64,000 nt of DNA from an uncultured Candidatus Saccharibacteria bacterium (GTDB lineage Bacteria; Patescibacteriota; Minisyncoccia; Minisyncoccales; Staskawiczbacteraceae), in contig CAYZNK010000002.1 in the NCBI GenBank assembly GCA_964479955.1, positions 71,489 to 135,488 on the forward strand. Direction: 5' to 3'. Under the pieces are notes generated by a model that ran no database searches, had not been told where the DNA came from, and saw only the letters and a program-made list of their open reading frames with translations. Made by a program: the position numbers and the translations under genes. Of this stretch, positions 7,689-17,458 are shown one piece after another; within the stretch, counting starts at the first letter, position 1; every line of letters starts with the position of its first letter.

Positions 7689-8033
7689 ATGAACAAAAAA
7701 AATCTTATAATATTATTAGCTGTTTTGGTTTTAGTATTGATTGTGGGGTTATTTTTGTTTAAAACTTTTGAAAACAATAATTCTGGAGTTGAAAATTCAC
7801 TTGGCGGAGCCAATACAGAATCTTTAAATAATGAAGATGAAAATCAAAATGAGACAACGCCGCAAATACAGGTAGAAGCAGAAGGACAAACGGGTCAGGG
7901 GGAGCTTCTTATTTGCGTTGACGAGTGCGGAAACGGGATTTGCCAAGAGCCTGCCCCGGATTGCGGAGAAGATGGAACTTATAACTGCGTATGCCCGGAA
8001 AATCCAGAGATTTGTCCGCAGGATTGTAATTAA
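7689..8033 (+). CDS. secreted or anchored small protein with a Cys-rich C-terminal module
   Basis: 114 aa with a signal/anchor. There are 9 Cys in the last 40 residues (CVDECGNGICQ...CPENPEICPQDCN). A terminator follows at 8040-8062. Confidence 0.65.
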   Translation: MNKKNLIILLAVLVLVLIVGLFLFKTFENNNSGVENSLGGANTESLNNEDENQNETTPQIQVEAEGQTGQGELLICVDECGNGICQEPAPDCGEDGTYNCVCPENPEICPQDCN

Positions 8034-8116
8034 AAAATAAACCGCCTTTTGGGCGGTTTTTGATTGCTTAATTGCGTATATAAAGGTAAAATTAAATAAT
8101 TAATCTTAAATTATAA

Positions 8117-8698
8117 ATGCCAGCTGAAGTAAAAATTTTAGTTAAAGGATACACTAATGCAGATTCTGCAGCGGAATTAGACAAAGAAAAAACTTGCGCT
8201 ACTGTAAGTCTTGTCAGGGACGGGGATTTGATAATGATTGTTGACCCGGGAGTTTTGGAAAACCGGCAGATTTTAATTGATGCATTAAAAAAAGAAGGAT
8301 TGGAAACAAAAGATATAAATGTTGTTTGTATAACCCATTCGCACATAGACCATTACTTAAATGCAGGGATATTTCCAAATGCAAAAATTTTGGAATTTTT
8401 TGGATTATGGGACGGAAATGCTGTCCAAGAATGGGATGGGCAGTTTTCTCCCAATATCAAAATTTTAAAGACGCCGGGACATGATTATACAAGCATAACG
8501 ATTTTTGTAAAAACAAAAGAGGGGGTTGTGGCAATATGCGGAGATGTTTTTTGGAAAGAAAATTTTCCCGAAAATCCGGAAGATGATATTTATGCCTCAG
8601 ACCATAAAAAGTTGAAAGAAAGCAGAAAAAAGGTTTTGGAATTATCAGATTGGGTAATACCCGGTCATTCGGGAATCTATAAACCGGCAAAAAAATAA
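8117..8698 (+). CDS. MBL-fold metallo-hydrolase
   Basis: HSHIDH (HxHxDH) motif in a 193-aa protein. Confidence 0.75.
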   Translation: MPAEVKILVKGYTNADSAAELDKEKTCATVSLVRDGDLIMIVDPGVLENRQILIDALKKEGLETKDINVVCITHSHIDHYLNAGIFPNAKILEFFGLWDGNAVQEWDGQFSPNIKILKTPGHDYTSITIFVKTKEGVVAICGDVFWKENFPENPEDDIYASDHKKLKESRKKVLELSDWVIPGHSGIYKPAKK

Positions 8699-8732
8699 AG
8701 GCCAAGTTTTTTAAACTTCAGCCAAAACGAAT

Positions 8733-10040
8733 ATGAATAAAAAAATATTATTTTTACTGTTTCTTGTAGGCTTTTGTTTTCTGATGCCATTGGCCATATC
8801 GGCGCACCGTCCGGTTATTGTTTTTTTATCTGAAGGAAATACACAGATACAAGAACCGCAAATTTCTCAAGCTTTTTATGATGAATTAAACGGAGTACCA
8901 AAAAGTTATTATATAGATTCTGGCGTTGATTTCAATCTATATATAAATCTTTTAGTTCCGGAATTTTCAAATAAAGACGGAAGATATTCAGCAAATATTT
9001 TTTTGATAACAAATGAATCCGAAGAGCAAATTTTTCAGCTTGACGGTTCTTTGGCTAAATGGGACGAATTTTATGAGCCTTTTGGCAGGGATTATTATTT
9101 AAAAGGACCTGAATCAGAAATTCCCCTTTCTTCTGGAAGCTACAGGATAGAGGTTTATTCTGCAGATAATGTCGGAAAATATGTCCTAGCTGTTGGTAAA
9201 GAAGAAAAGTATGATTTTCAGTCTTTGTTGAATATTTATTGGCAGTTACCACTGCTGAAAATCAAATTTTTTCAGACATCTGTTTGGGAATTTTTTCTTA
9301 CGCCCTTTGGAATAGCCGGAGTAGGAATTATAGGAGGCATTTTAATATTTATTGCTGTTTTAAATTATTTGATTCCCGCGGTAGTAGAAAAAATAAAGCA
9401 GAAAAAAGCTGGAGCAATTCTTTTAACTTCTTCTGGAATGAAGATGAAAGATGAAATAATAAAACTTTTGCAAAAGCCCGCTTATGACATAACTTTGGCA
9501 TTTATTACAACCGCCGCAAAACCGCAGGAAAATATTGATTATGCAAAGGAAGACTACAGGATTATGAAGGAGATGGGATTTAACATCCAGGAAGTTGATA
9601 TTGACAATAAAAAAGAGTCAGAACTAATGAAAATATTGGAATTAAAAGATATAATTTTTGTTGAGGGAGGAAATACATTTTATCTTTTGAGTTCAATGAG
9701 AAAATGCAATTTTGAAAAAATCGCTAAAAAATTGATTAAAAAAGGGAAGGTATACTTTGGTTCTTCGGCAGGAAGCATTGTTGCCGGAAAATCAATAAAA
9801 ACAGCCGGTTGGATTGGAGACGAGAATATAACCAAACTAAAAAATTTGAGGGGGCTAGGGTTGGTCTCGTTTAATATTTTTGTGCATTACAGCCCTGAAA
9901 TGGCAGAGAAAATAAAAAAGAAACTGCCTTTCAAGTGGCAGAGAAGAAAGTTTAAATTTTTGACAGATGAGCAGGCGATATTGGTGCAAAATAAAAATAC
10001 TATTTTATTGGGAGAAGGAGAAGAAATAATTATAAAATAA
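8733..10040 (+). CDS. membrane protein with a C-terminal peptidase S51 (PepE-like) domain
   Basis: Signal peptide, about 180-aa outer domain, a TM, then FVEGGNTFYLL...GSSAGSIVAG typical of S51 / class I amidotransferase-like proteins. Confidence 0.6.
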   Translation: MNKKILFLLFLVGFCFLMPLAISAHRPVIVFLSEGNTQIQEPQISQAFYDELNGVPKSYYIDSGVDFNLYINLLVPEFSNKDGRYSANIFLITNESEEQIFQLDGSLAKWDEFYEPFGRDYYLKGPESEIPLSSGSYRIEVYSADNVGKYVLAVGKEEKYDFQSLLNIYWQLPLLKIKFFQTSVWEFFLTPFGIAGVGIIGGILIFIAVLNYLIPAVVEKIKQKKAGAILLTSSGMKMKDEIIKLLQKPAYDITLAFITTAAKPQENIDYAKEDYRIMKEMGFNIQEVDIDNKKESELMKILELKDIIFVEGGNTFYLLSSMRKCNFEKIAKKLIKKGKVYFGSSAGSIVAGKSIKTAGWIGDENITKLKNLRGLGLVSFNIFVHYSPEMAEKIKKKLPFKWQRRKFKFLTDEQAILVQNKNTILLGEGEEIIIK

Positions 10041-10044
10041 TAAC

Positions 10045-10263
10045 ATGAAAATCAGCGTCAAGGCAAAACCAAATTCAAAGGAAGAAAAAATTGAAAAAAT
10101 AGATGAAACAAATTATGTTGTTTTTGTAAAAGAGCCTCCTGAAAAAGGCAAGGCAAACGGGGCTATAAGAAACGCTTTGGCGGTTTATTTTAAAATATCA
10201 TCTGCCAGGGTTAAAATTGTTGCAGGATATTCTTCAAGAAGCAAGATTATTGAGATACTTTAA
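10045..10263 (+). CDS. DUF167 (YggU) family protein
   Basis: 72 aa. KAKPNSK...PEKGKANGAIRNALA...VKIVAGYSSRSKIIEI matches the YggU pattern. Confidence 0.6.
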   Translation: MKISVKAKPNSKEEKIEKIDETNYVVFVKEPPEKGKANGAIRNALAVYFKISSARVKIVAGYSSRSKIIEIL

Positions 10264-10363
10264 CGGTCGCTCTCTAATTGAATAAAATAACAATTTGTGG
10301 TATAATATATTATCGCTGTTTTGCGGTAAAACAGCACGGCTCATTTACAAAAAGGACTTAAAC

Positions 10364-10696
10364 ATGAGACGGTTTCGACGCAAAGTTTTCTATGTTTTTG
10401 TGTTTGGCAGAAATGCCGATATAAGGGGAAGAATTGCAAGAAGGTTTCAACACGGAGAAGTTCGCATTCCAGGAACTTCTAGTTTTGAAGTAAGAATATG
10501 TTTAATAAAAAGCTTAAGAGAATTAAAGAGAGAGGTTAGAACGGCTACCCACTTTTATATTCTGGTGGATGCAGCTATGCCGGAAGACGAAAAGAAGGGT
10601 TTACATGACGCTTTGTGTGATGTCTGCGAGAATGAAACTGTTTCATTAAAGGCGGTAAATTTAATCCGCCAAGAAAGCGCTTTGTACGCTTTCTAA
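10364..10696 (+). CDS. orphan hypothetical protein (GC-richer cassette)
   Basis: ATG at 10364 is preceded by aaagga. Promoter is TTGAAT-17-TATAAT (10279-10307) and the terminator is gctttagc-cccg-gctaaagc plus T-run. The track start at 10295 lies inside the promoter. Confidence 0.55.
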   Translation: MRRFRRKVFYVFVFGRNADIRGRIARRFQHGEVRIPGTSSFEVRICLIKSLRELKREVRTATHFYILVDAAMPEDEKKGLHDALCDVCENETVSLKAVNLIRQESALYAF

Positions 10697-10781
10697 TTTG
10701 TACCTGTTGTTTTTGTATTTTTGCTTTAGCCCCGGCTAAAGCTTTTTTGTTTTTTTAAAAAGCGTTATAATAAATAAAAGT

Positions 10782-11066
10782 ATGGATTATATAACTTTAA
10801 TTCTTTATTTTTTAGCAGGCGTTGTCCAGGATTTTTTCTTTACATTAAATTCAAAGTACATTGCAAAAGAAAAAGTTTTGATGGCTGTTTTGTTTTCTTT
10901 TTTGACTATTTTGATGAGCATGCTTGTTTTATATAATATCTTAAATGATTTAGATTCAAGCAGGAGCCTTTTATCAATTATTGTTTATTCTGTTGGAATA
11001 GCCTGCGGAACCTATATTGCAATGAAAATACCTTCTCCAAAAAACAAAAAACGAAACAATAAGTAA
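10782..11066 (+). CDS. small membrane protein
   Basis: 94 aa with 3 hydrophobic helices. Family not assigned. Confidence 0.55.
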   Translation: MDYITLILYFLAGVVQDFFFTLNSKYIAKEKVLMAVLFSFLTILMSMLVLYNILNDLDSSRSLLSIIVYSVGIACGTYIAMKIPSPKNKKRNNK

Positions 11067-11232
11067 ATTGTCTCAATTTAATTGTTTAATTTTACTGCTT
11101 TTAATGAGGCATTTTTTTAAATAGCGCGCTTTAGTATTGACATTTTAAATATTTCTTTTAGAATAAAAATCAACGGATTTTTTGGTTCAAACCAAAAAAG
11201 ACATTTGGCTCTTTGAAAACGGAGACGGGAAA

Positions 11233-11745
11233 ATGGAAGAAACAAAAAGCTTTACGGAAAAGAGTTCAAGAGGGAGTTTTAACACGGAAGCTGTTTTCTT
11301 AAATGCTAAGCGCCTTGGGAACTTATGCAAAATTATTGCAGAATATTTTGCTTCCAAGGCAAAAAAAGAGGGAAAAATAATAGATGCGGTTGTGGGGCAC
11401 CAAATAATGGCTAGTTTTGTTGCCTATTGGCTGGCAGAAAAAGACCCAAGCGGGCATGATGTTTTGATTATTCCTGCAACTAAAAAGGAGATTTTTCATG
11501 AGCAAAAAAGACTCAGTGGTGTGATAATTGAACCCAGATATCGCATACACATGAAAAACAGGACGTGTTTGGTTGTTTGGGATAAGGCTGAGGCAGAAGA
11601 AATAGTAGAGATTTGCGAATCCGTGTATTTGATGATGGGTGACGTATTGGGGGTTGGCGTTTTTCGCAATGAGAGAAAGGGCGAAATCACTGCCGAATTT
11701 CTTGGTGTGCCGAAACTTTTTTGCGCAATTAACGGCGAGAAATAG
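11233..11745 (+). CDS. hypothetical protein, remote phosphoribosyltransferase-like pattern
   Basis: ATG at 11233 follows ggagacggg. Promoter TTGACA-16-TAGAAT lies at 11137-11164. CLVVWDKAEAEE occupies the place of a PRPP loop. Function uncertain. Confidence 0.45.
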   Translation: MEETKSFTEKSSRGSFNTEAVFLNAKRLGNLCKIIAEYFASKAKKEGKIIDAVVGHQIMASFVAYWLAEKDPSGHDVLIIPATKKEIFHEQKRLSGVIIEPRYRIHMKNRTCLVVWDKAEAEEIVEICESVYLMMGDVLGVGVFRNERKGEITAEFLGVPKLFCAINGEK

Positions 11746-11890
11746 TTATGGCAAGGCTTTAAATGCTGTGGGGAATCCCTGCGGCATTTTCTTTTCAAAT
11801 TTTATAAATATTGCACACATCAAATTCCAAGCCTTGATTTTATTATTCAACAAGGTAAACTGATATAATGATAATTAAAAGAATAAAGAA

Positions 11891-13480
11891 ATGCCCGCCA
11901 AGAAAAAAACAGCCAAGATACCCAAAAAGATTTTAAAAAACAGAAAAGCCCAAAAACCAGTTTTTAAAAAGGGGGTTTTACCAAAGAAAGCAAAGTCAAA
12001 GAAATTATTGCCATCTTTGAGTCAAAAATCCGGAAAAAAAACCGCATTGGCAAGCAACAAAAAATTAAAGAGGATAAAGCCGGAAAAATCACAAGAAAAA
12101 TCTCCTGAAAAACAAAATTTTGTTTTTTCTCCGGAAGCTGTTTTTAAGGCAAAAATAAAGGTTGTTGGAATAGGGGGTGGAGGCGGTTCAATTGTTTCAG
12201 AAATTGGAAAATATTTGGAAAAAGCAACTTTTTTGATTGCAGACACAGATATCAGGGCCTTAAAAAAAAGAACCGGAGTGAAACATCTTTGGTTTGGGGA
12301 AAAATTAACGCACGGCTTGGGAACAGGAGTTAATGTTGACTTGGCAAGACAGGCGGCTCAGGAAGCAAAAGAAAAATTTAAAAATATTTTTGAAGGTCAG
12401 GATATAGTAATTTTTATAGCTTCTCTTGGGGGAGGATTGGGGTCCGGAGCAACTCAGGTTTTTGTTGATGCCGCAAAGGAATTTAAAGGAATAACTCTGG
12501 GAATTTTTACTTTGCCGTTTAAGTTTGAAGGGAAGAATAAGAGCAAAATTGCGCTTGGAGCATTAAAGTCTTTGAAAGAATCCTTAAACATTTCACTTGT
12601 AATTCCAAATGAAAAAATATTTAAAGTCATAAATGTTAATACCCCCATAACAGACGCTTTTTCAATGGTTAACAGAAATTTAATAGGATTTTTGGAAAGT
12701 CTGATTGACTTGATTTACAATCCCGGAATAATTAATATTGATTTTGCGGACTTAAAGTCAATTTTAAAAGGGCAGGGGAATCAGGTGTTTTTAAACACCA
12801 TTGAGGAATCTGGTAAAAATAGGGCGGAAAAAACATGTCAAAATATTTTTACCAATCCATTATTACAAAACTCCAGCTTTACCGCTGAAAATATATTGTT
12901 TAACATATCTGGTTCAGAAAGCCTGTCTATGTTTGAGGTTGAAAAAATAAGCAGTAAAATTTCAGAATTAAATCCAAGAGCAAAAATTATTTTTGGAATT
13001 TCTAAAAATCCAAAATTGAAAGCCAGAATAAAGACAACTCTTTTGGCAACAGGGCCTGCAAAAAGCATAGATTTCCACAGGCATGAGCCGGGAGTAAATT
13101 CATCGGAAGCAGAATCCAAAGAAAGTCAGAATAAATTAAAAAACACAAACACCGCCAAACAAAATAAAAATAAATTAAATCAGAGAAATAAAAATAAGCA
13201 GCAAAACAATCCGCAGAAAATTTTAGAAAATAAATTAATTCCTGGCTTCAAAGAAAAAATCCTTGTATCATCTTCGCTTGCGGACAAAAGATTGGGCGCG
13301 ATTGATGAAGCGCTTTCTTCGGGCGATAATGGAAGCGGAACTTTTGCAAAACACGAAACAATAAGAAGGAGTGGGATAGAAATCAAAAAAGCCCAGGACC
13401 AAGAAGAAAAAAAGAAGCTGGAACAGGAAAAAGAATGGGAAATTCCGGCCTTTTTAAGGAGAATAAAATATAAGTCTTAA
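11891..13480 (+). CDS. ftsZ: cell division protein FtsZ with long basic N- and C-terminal extensions
   Basis: Contains VVGIGGGGGS and the tubulin signature SLGGGLGSGATQ. The first ~85 aa are Lys-rich. Confidence 0.9.
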   Translation: MPAKKKTAKIPKKILKNRKAQKPVFKKGVLPKKAKSKKLLPSLSQKSGKKTALASNKKLKRIKPEKSQEKSPEKQNFVFSPEAVFKAKIKVVGIGGGGGSIVSEIGKYLEKATFLIADTDIRALKKRTGVKHLWFGEKLTHGLGTGVNVDLARQAAQEAKEKFKNIFEGQDIVIFIASLGGGLGSGATQVFVDAAKEFKGITLGIFTLPFKFEGKNKSKIALGALKSLKESLNISLVIPNEKIFKVINVNTPITDAFSMVNRNLIGFLESLIDLIYNPGIINIDFADLKSILKGQGNQVFLNTIEESGKNRAEKTCQNIFTNPLLQNSSFTAENILFNISGSESLSMFEVEKISSKISELNPRAKIIFGISKNPKLKARIKTTLLATGPAKSIDFHRHEPGVNSSEAESKESQNKLKNTNTAKQNKNKLNQRNKNKQQNNPQKILENKLIPGFKEKILVSSSLADKRLGAIDEALSSGDNGSGTFAKHETIRRSGIEIKKAQDQEEKKKLEQEKEWEIPAFLRRIKYKS

Positions 13481-13503
13481 TTTTTTAAAAAAAATTTAAA
13501 AAT

Positions 13504-14388
13504 ATGGCAAAAGAATTGGAAATTAAAAAAGCAATCATTCCTTTGGCCGGTTTTGGAACAAGATTTTTGCCTTTGTCAAAATCATTGCCAAAAGAATTTT
13601 TTCCATTGGTTGACAAGCCGATTATCCAATATATTCTAAATGAGGTTAAAAAATCCGATATAGAAGAAGTAGTTTTTGTGGTAAGTCCAAGGCAAAAAAT
13701 GATTTTGGAGCATTTTAAAAAATCTCCTGATATAGAAAAATTTTTGGCAAAAAGAAACAAGCAGGAAATTTTAAAAGAGTTTAAAGAGTTTGAAAGCCTG
13801 TTTGAAGATATCACGTTTAATTTTGCCGTCCAAAAGGAAGCTTTGGGAGACGGTCATGCTCTATTGCAGGCCGCTCCAAAGATTAAAAATCAGCCGGTTG
13901 CCGTTTCTTTTGGAGATGATATTATTGACTGCGAAACCCCTGCTTTGTTGCAATTAATAAATATTTTTAAAACGTGTTCTGCGCCTGTAATTGGGTTGAA
14001 AGAATTGCCAAGAGAAAAAGTTCCGGCTTATGGATCTGTCGCAGTTGAAAAAATTGCCCATAATCTTTATAAAATCAAAAAAATAATTGAAAAGCCGTCT
14101 CCGTCTGAAATACGTTCAAATTTGGTGATAGCAGGAAAATATATTTTAACTCCGGATGTTTTTGATTATCTCAAAAAAGCCGAGCCCTCCCAAAAAGGGG
14201 AAATCATTTTGGCTGAAGTTTTTGACAAGATGCTGGATGACGGGAAAACAATTTACGGCTATGAACTAAAAGGCGAATGGCTTGAGTGTGGAGATAAAAT
14301 GAAATGGCTGAAGTCATTTTTGTACTTTTCTTTAAAAGACCCTAAATTTGGCAAGGAGTTAAAAGAGTATATAAAAACAATAAAGTAA
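13504..14388 (+). CDS. galU: UTP-glucose-1-phosphate uridylyltransferase
   Basis: AIIPLAGFGTRFLPLSKSLPKEF N-terminal signature. Confidence 0.85.
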   Translation: MAKELEIKKAIIPLAGFGTRFLPLSKSLPKEFFPLVDKPIIQYILNEVKKSDIEEVVFVVSPRQKMILEHFKKSPDIEKFLAKRNKQEILKEFKEFESLFEDITFNFAVQKEALGDGHALLQAAPKIKNQPVAVSFGDDIIDCETPALLQLINIFKTCSAPVIGLKELPREKVPAYGSVAVEKIAHNLYKIKKIIEKPSPSEIRSNLVIAGKYILTPDVFDYLKKAEPSQKGEIILAEVFDKMLDDGKTIYGYELKGEWLECGDKMKWLKSFLYFSLKDPKFGKELKEYIKTIK

Positions 14389-14441
14389 TATAAAATTTTC
14401 AACTCAATAGAAATTAAAAATTGTAAATTAGAAATTTGTTT

Positions 14442-15377
14442 ATGGTTTACGACTTAATAATCATTGGCGGAGGGCCGGCTGGAATAACAGCCGGAATTTA
14501 TGCCGGACGCCAACGGATGAATACGCTTTTGATAACAAAAGAGTTTGGCGGGCAGATGGCAAAAAAGGCTACAGAAGTTTGTAATTACCCGGGATTCCCA
14601 AAAGTTTCCGGAATTGAGCTTATAGAAAAATTTGTTGAGCATTTAAAAATACAGGAAACAGTTGAGATTAAAACAGCAGAAGTAGGAAAAATTGAAAAAC
14701 ATTCAGACGTTTTTACAATCATAACCACAGAGAACGAAAAGATAGAGGGCAGGTCTGTTATTATTGCAACAGGGGCTGACCCAAGGCCATTGGAGGCCAT
14801 AGGAGAAAAAGAGCTTATTGGTAAGGGTGTGGGATATTGCGTCACTTGCGACGGGCCTTTATTTAAAAATAAGACAGTGGCAGTTGTTGGCGGAGGAAAT
14901 TCCGGACTGGAAGCTGCTTTGTTTATGGCAAGGTATGCAAGTAAAATTTATGTTTTGGAATTTGGGTCAGAATTAAAGGCAGACCAGGAAAATAAAAATG
15001 ATGTTGAAAAATCAGATAAAATTGAGGTGATTATAAATGCGGCAGTAAAAGAAATCAAAGGGGACCCGTCAGCCGGTGGTATGGTTAGTTCTTTGGTTTA
15101 TGAAGACCAAATTTCAAAAGAAATGAAAACCCTAGAGGTTCAAGGGGTTTTTATAGAAATTGGCACACAACCTGCAACTTCTTTGGCAAAAGGCTTGGTT
15201 GATTTTACAAAAAGAGACGAAATTATGGTTGAAAGCGAATCTTTTGCAACAAAAACGCCGGGACTTTTTGCCGCCGGAGATAATAATTCGGGGCATCATA
15301 AACAAATAGTCACTGCCGCAGGAGAGGGATGCAAAGCGGCTTTGGCAGCTTACGAATATTTAAGGAAGTCAAAATAA
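14442..15377 (+). CDS. trxB: thioredoxin-disulfide reductase
   Basis: Has the GGGPAG FAD motif, the redox CVTCDG motif and GGGNSG. Confidence 0.85.
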   Translation: MVYDLIIIGGGPAGITAGIYAGRQRMNTLLITKEFGGQMAKKATEVCNYPGFPKVSGIELIEKFVEHLKIQETVEIKTAEVGKIEKHSDVFTIITTENEKIEGRSVIIATGADPRPLEAIGEKELIGKGVGYCVTCDGPLFKNKTVAVVGGGNSGLEAALFMARYASKIYVLEFGSELKADQENKNDVEKSDKIEVIINAAVKEIKGDPSAGGMVSSLVYEDQISKEMKTLEVQGVFIEIGTQPATSLAKGLVDFTKRDEIMVESESFATKTPGLFAAGDNNSGHHKQIVTAAGEGCKAALAAYEYLRKSK

Positions 15378-15378
15378 A

Positions 15379-16623
15379 ATGAGTAAAATAGTATCTGTAA
15401 CAGCAGAGGAAGTAAAAGATTCCAGGGGAAACCCTACCGTGAAAGCCATTGTGGAAACAGACAGGGGTGATTTTTTTGCAATGGTGCCAAGTGGGGCTTC
15501 AACAGGAAAAAATGAAGCTTTGGAATTAAGGGATGCGGATGGAAAAGGGGTTGAAAATGTCATTAAAAATGTAAACGAAATTATTGCTTCAAAGCTAAAG
15601 GGAAAAAATCCTGAAGATCAAAAAGAGATTGACAAACTTATGATCGAATTGGACGGAACAGAAAACAAGTCAAAATTGGGAGCAAATGCTATTTTGGCAG
15701 TATCTATGGCTGTTTGCAGGGCAGGAGCTGATGTAAAAAAGATTCCCTTATATAAACACATTGCAGAATTAGCGGAGAACGGGTCTCCGCTGTTTTCTCC
15801 TTTGCCGATGTTTAATATTTTGAACGGAGGAAGGCATGTCCGAAGGATTCTTACAGAAGGAGGAATCGCCGATAAATTGGATATTCAGGAATTTATGATA
15901 GTTCCGCATAAAAAAACAATGCAGGAAAATTTGATTATATGCAATGATATTTTTTTAAAATTAAAAGAAAATATCAGATTAAATTTTGGAGAAGACTGTC
16001 TTAATTTGGGAGATGAGGGGGGATTTGCTCCTCCTATTAAAAAAATAGACCAGGCATTATTTTTGCTCAAAAGTGTAAGCGAACTCCATAGCAAGGATGT
16101 AAAATTTGCCTTGGATTGTGCGGCTTCAGAATTTTATAAAAATGGCAAATATATATTGGAAGGGCAGGAGCTGGCTAAGTCGCAATTAATGGATTTTTAT
16201 AAAAATTTGGTAAAAGAATTTTCCATAATTTCTATTGAAGACCCGTTTTCAGAAGATGATTGGCAAGGATTTGAAGAAATTACAAAAGATTTAGGAAAAG
16301 AAATTATGATTGTGGGAGATGACCTGACAACAACAAACATTGAGAGGATTAAAGACGCCCACAACAAAAAAGCCATTAACGCCGTTTTAATAAAACTAAA
16401 TCAGATTGGGACTGTATCTGAAACAATTGACGCTATAAACATGACAAAAAGTTATGGCTGGAAAGTCATTGTTTCACATAGAAGCGGAGAAACTACGGAT
16501 GACTTTATTGCTGACTTGGCAGTTGGCGTTGGGGCTGACTTTATTAAAGCAGGCTCTCCCGCAAAAAAAGAAAGAATGGTAAAGTATCAAAGAGTAATAG
16601 AAATAGAAAAAGAAATAACATAA
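15379..16623 (+). CDS. eno: enolase
   Basis: SRGNPTV start and SHRSGETTD motif. Confidence 0.9.
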   Translation: MSKIVSVTAEEVKDSRGNPTVKAIVETDRGDFFAMVPSGASTGKNEALELRDADGKGVENVIKNVNEIIASKLKGKNPEDQKEIDKLMIELDGTENKSKLGANAILAVSMAVCRAGADVKKIPLYKHIAELAENGSPLFSPLPMFNILNGGRHVRRILTEGGIADKLDIQEFMIVPHKKTMQENLIICNDIFLKLKENIRLNFGEDCLNLGDEGGFAPPIKKIDQALFLLKSVSELHSKDVKFALDCAASEFYKNGKYILEGQELAKSQLMDFYKNLVKEFSIISIEDPFSEDDWQGFEEITKDLGKEIMIVGDDLTTTNIERIKDAHNKKAINAVLIKLNQIGTVSETIDAINMTKSYGWKVIVSHRSGETTDDFIADLAVGVGADFIKAGSPAKKERMVKYQRVIEIEKEIT

Positions 16624-16737
16624 AATAAAATCCCAAAGCCCAAAATCCAATGCCCACCCAATAATTAAGACGTTTTAGGATTTAGTCCGTCTAGGATTTA
16701 GTTGGGATTTGGAGTTTGGTATTTAGGATTTCAAAAT

Positions 16738-17400
16738 ATGGCTAAATTGTTTTTACAAAGGCATTTAAAATCACAATGGAATGTTGAAAACAGATTTTCC
16801 GGATGGGTGGATAATCCATTGTCTGAAGAGGGAATTTCGCAAGGGCAAGAGGCGGCCGATTTAATAAAAGACATTGAATTTGATAAAGTATATACTTCTC
16901 CATTATCTAGAAATAAACAAACAGTATCGCGTATTTTTCGGCTGGCCGGCGGGAAATACCCGGTATTTAAATATATGGACGGGAAAATGGGGAAATGGGG
17001 AAATATGTCAGGCCCTGAAAATTTTATGCCGGTTTATGTTTCTGAGGCATTAAACGAAAGATACTATGGAAAATTACAGGGGTTAAACAAATCAGAAACA
17101 ATAGAAAAATACGGAGAAGAACAAGTACATTTGTGGAGAAGAAGCTATAATATAGCTCCGCCGGGAGGGGAATCATTAAAAGATGTTTGTAAAAGAGTGA
17201 ATCCGTTTTTTAAAAAATATGCTGAAAAAGATTTGAAAGAGGGCAAAAATATTTTAATTGTTGCTAGCCACAATAGCTTGAGAGCCATAGTGAAATACGT
17301 TGAGAACATATCCAATGATAAAATAATGGATATTGAATTGCCCTTTGGGTCATTGATAAAATATGAATTTGAAAATAATAAATATAAAAAATTTGCATAA
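16738..17400 (+). CDS. gpmA: 2,3-bisphosphoglycerate-dependent phosphoglycerate mutase
   Basis: Contains RHLKSQWNVENRFSGW, LNERYYG and HNSLRAIVKY. ATG at 16738 was chosen over the TTG at 16702. Confidence 0.85.
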   Translation: MAKLFLQRHLKSQWNVENRFSGWVDNPLSEEGISQGQEAADLIKDIEFDKVYTSPLSRNKQTVSRIFRLAGGKYPVFKYMDGKMGKWGNMSGPENFMPVYVSEALNERYYGKLQGLNKSETIEKYGEEQVHLWRRSYNIAPPGGESLKDVCKRVNPFFKKYAEKDLKEGKNILIVASHNSLRAIVKYVENISNDKIMDIELPFGSLIKYEFENNKYKKFA

Positions 17401-17458
17401 AAACAATAATATATTATAATTGAAATTATTAACATCAAAAATTTAAATAAAAAATTAT

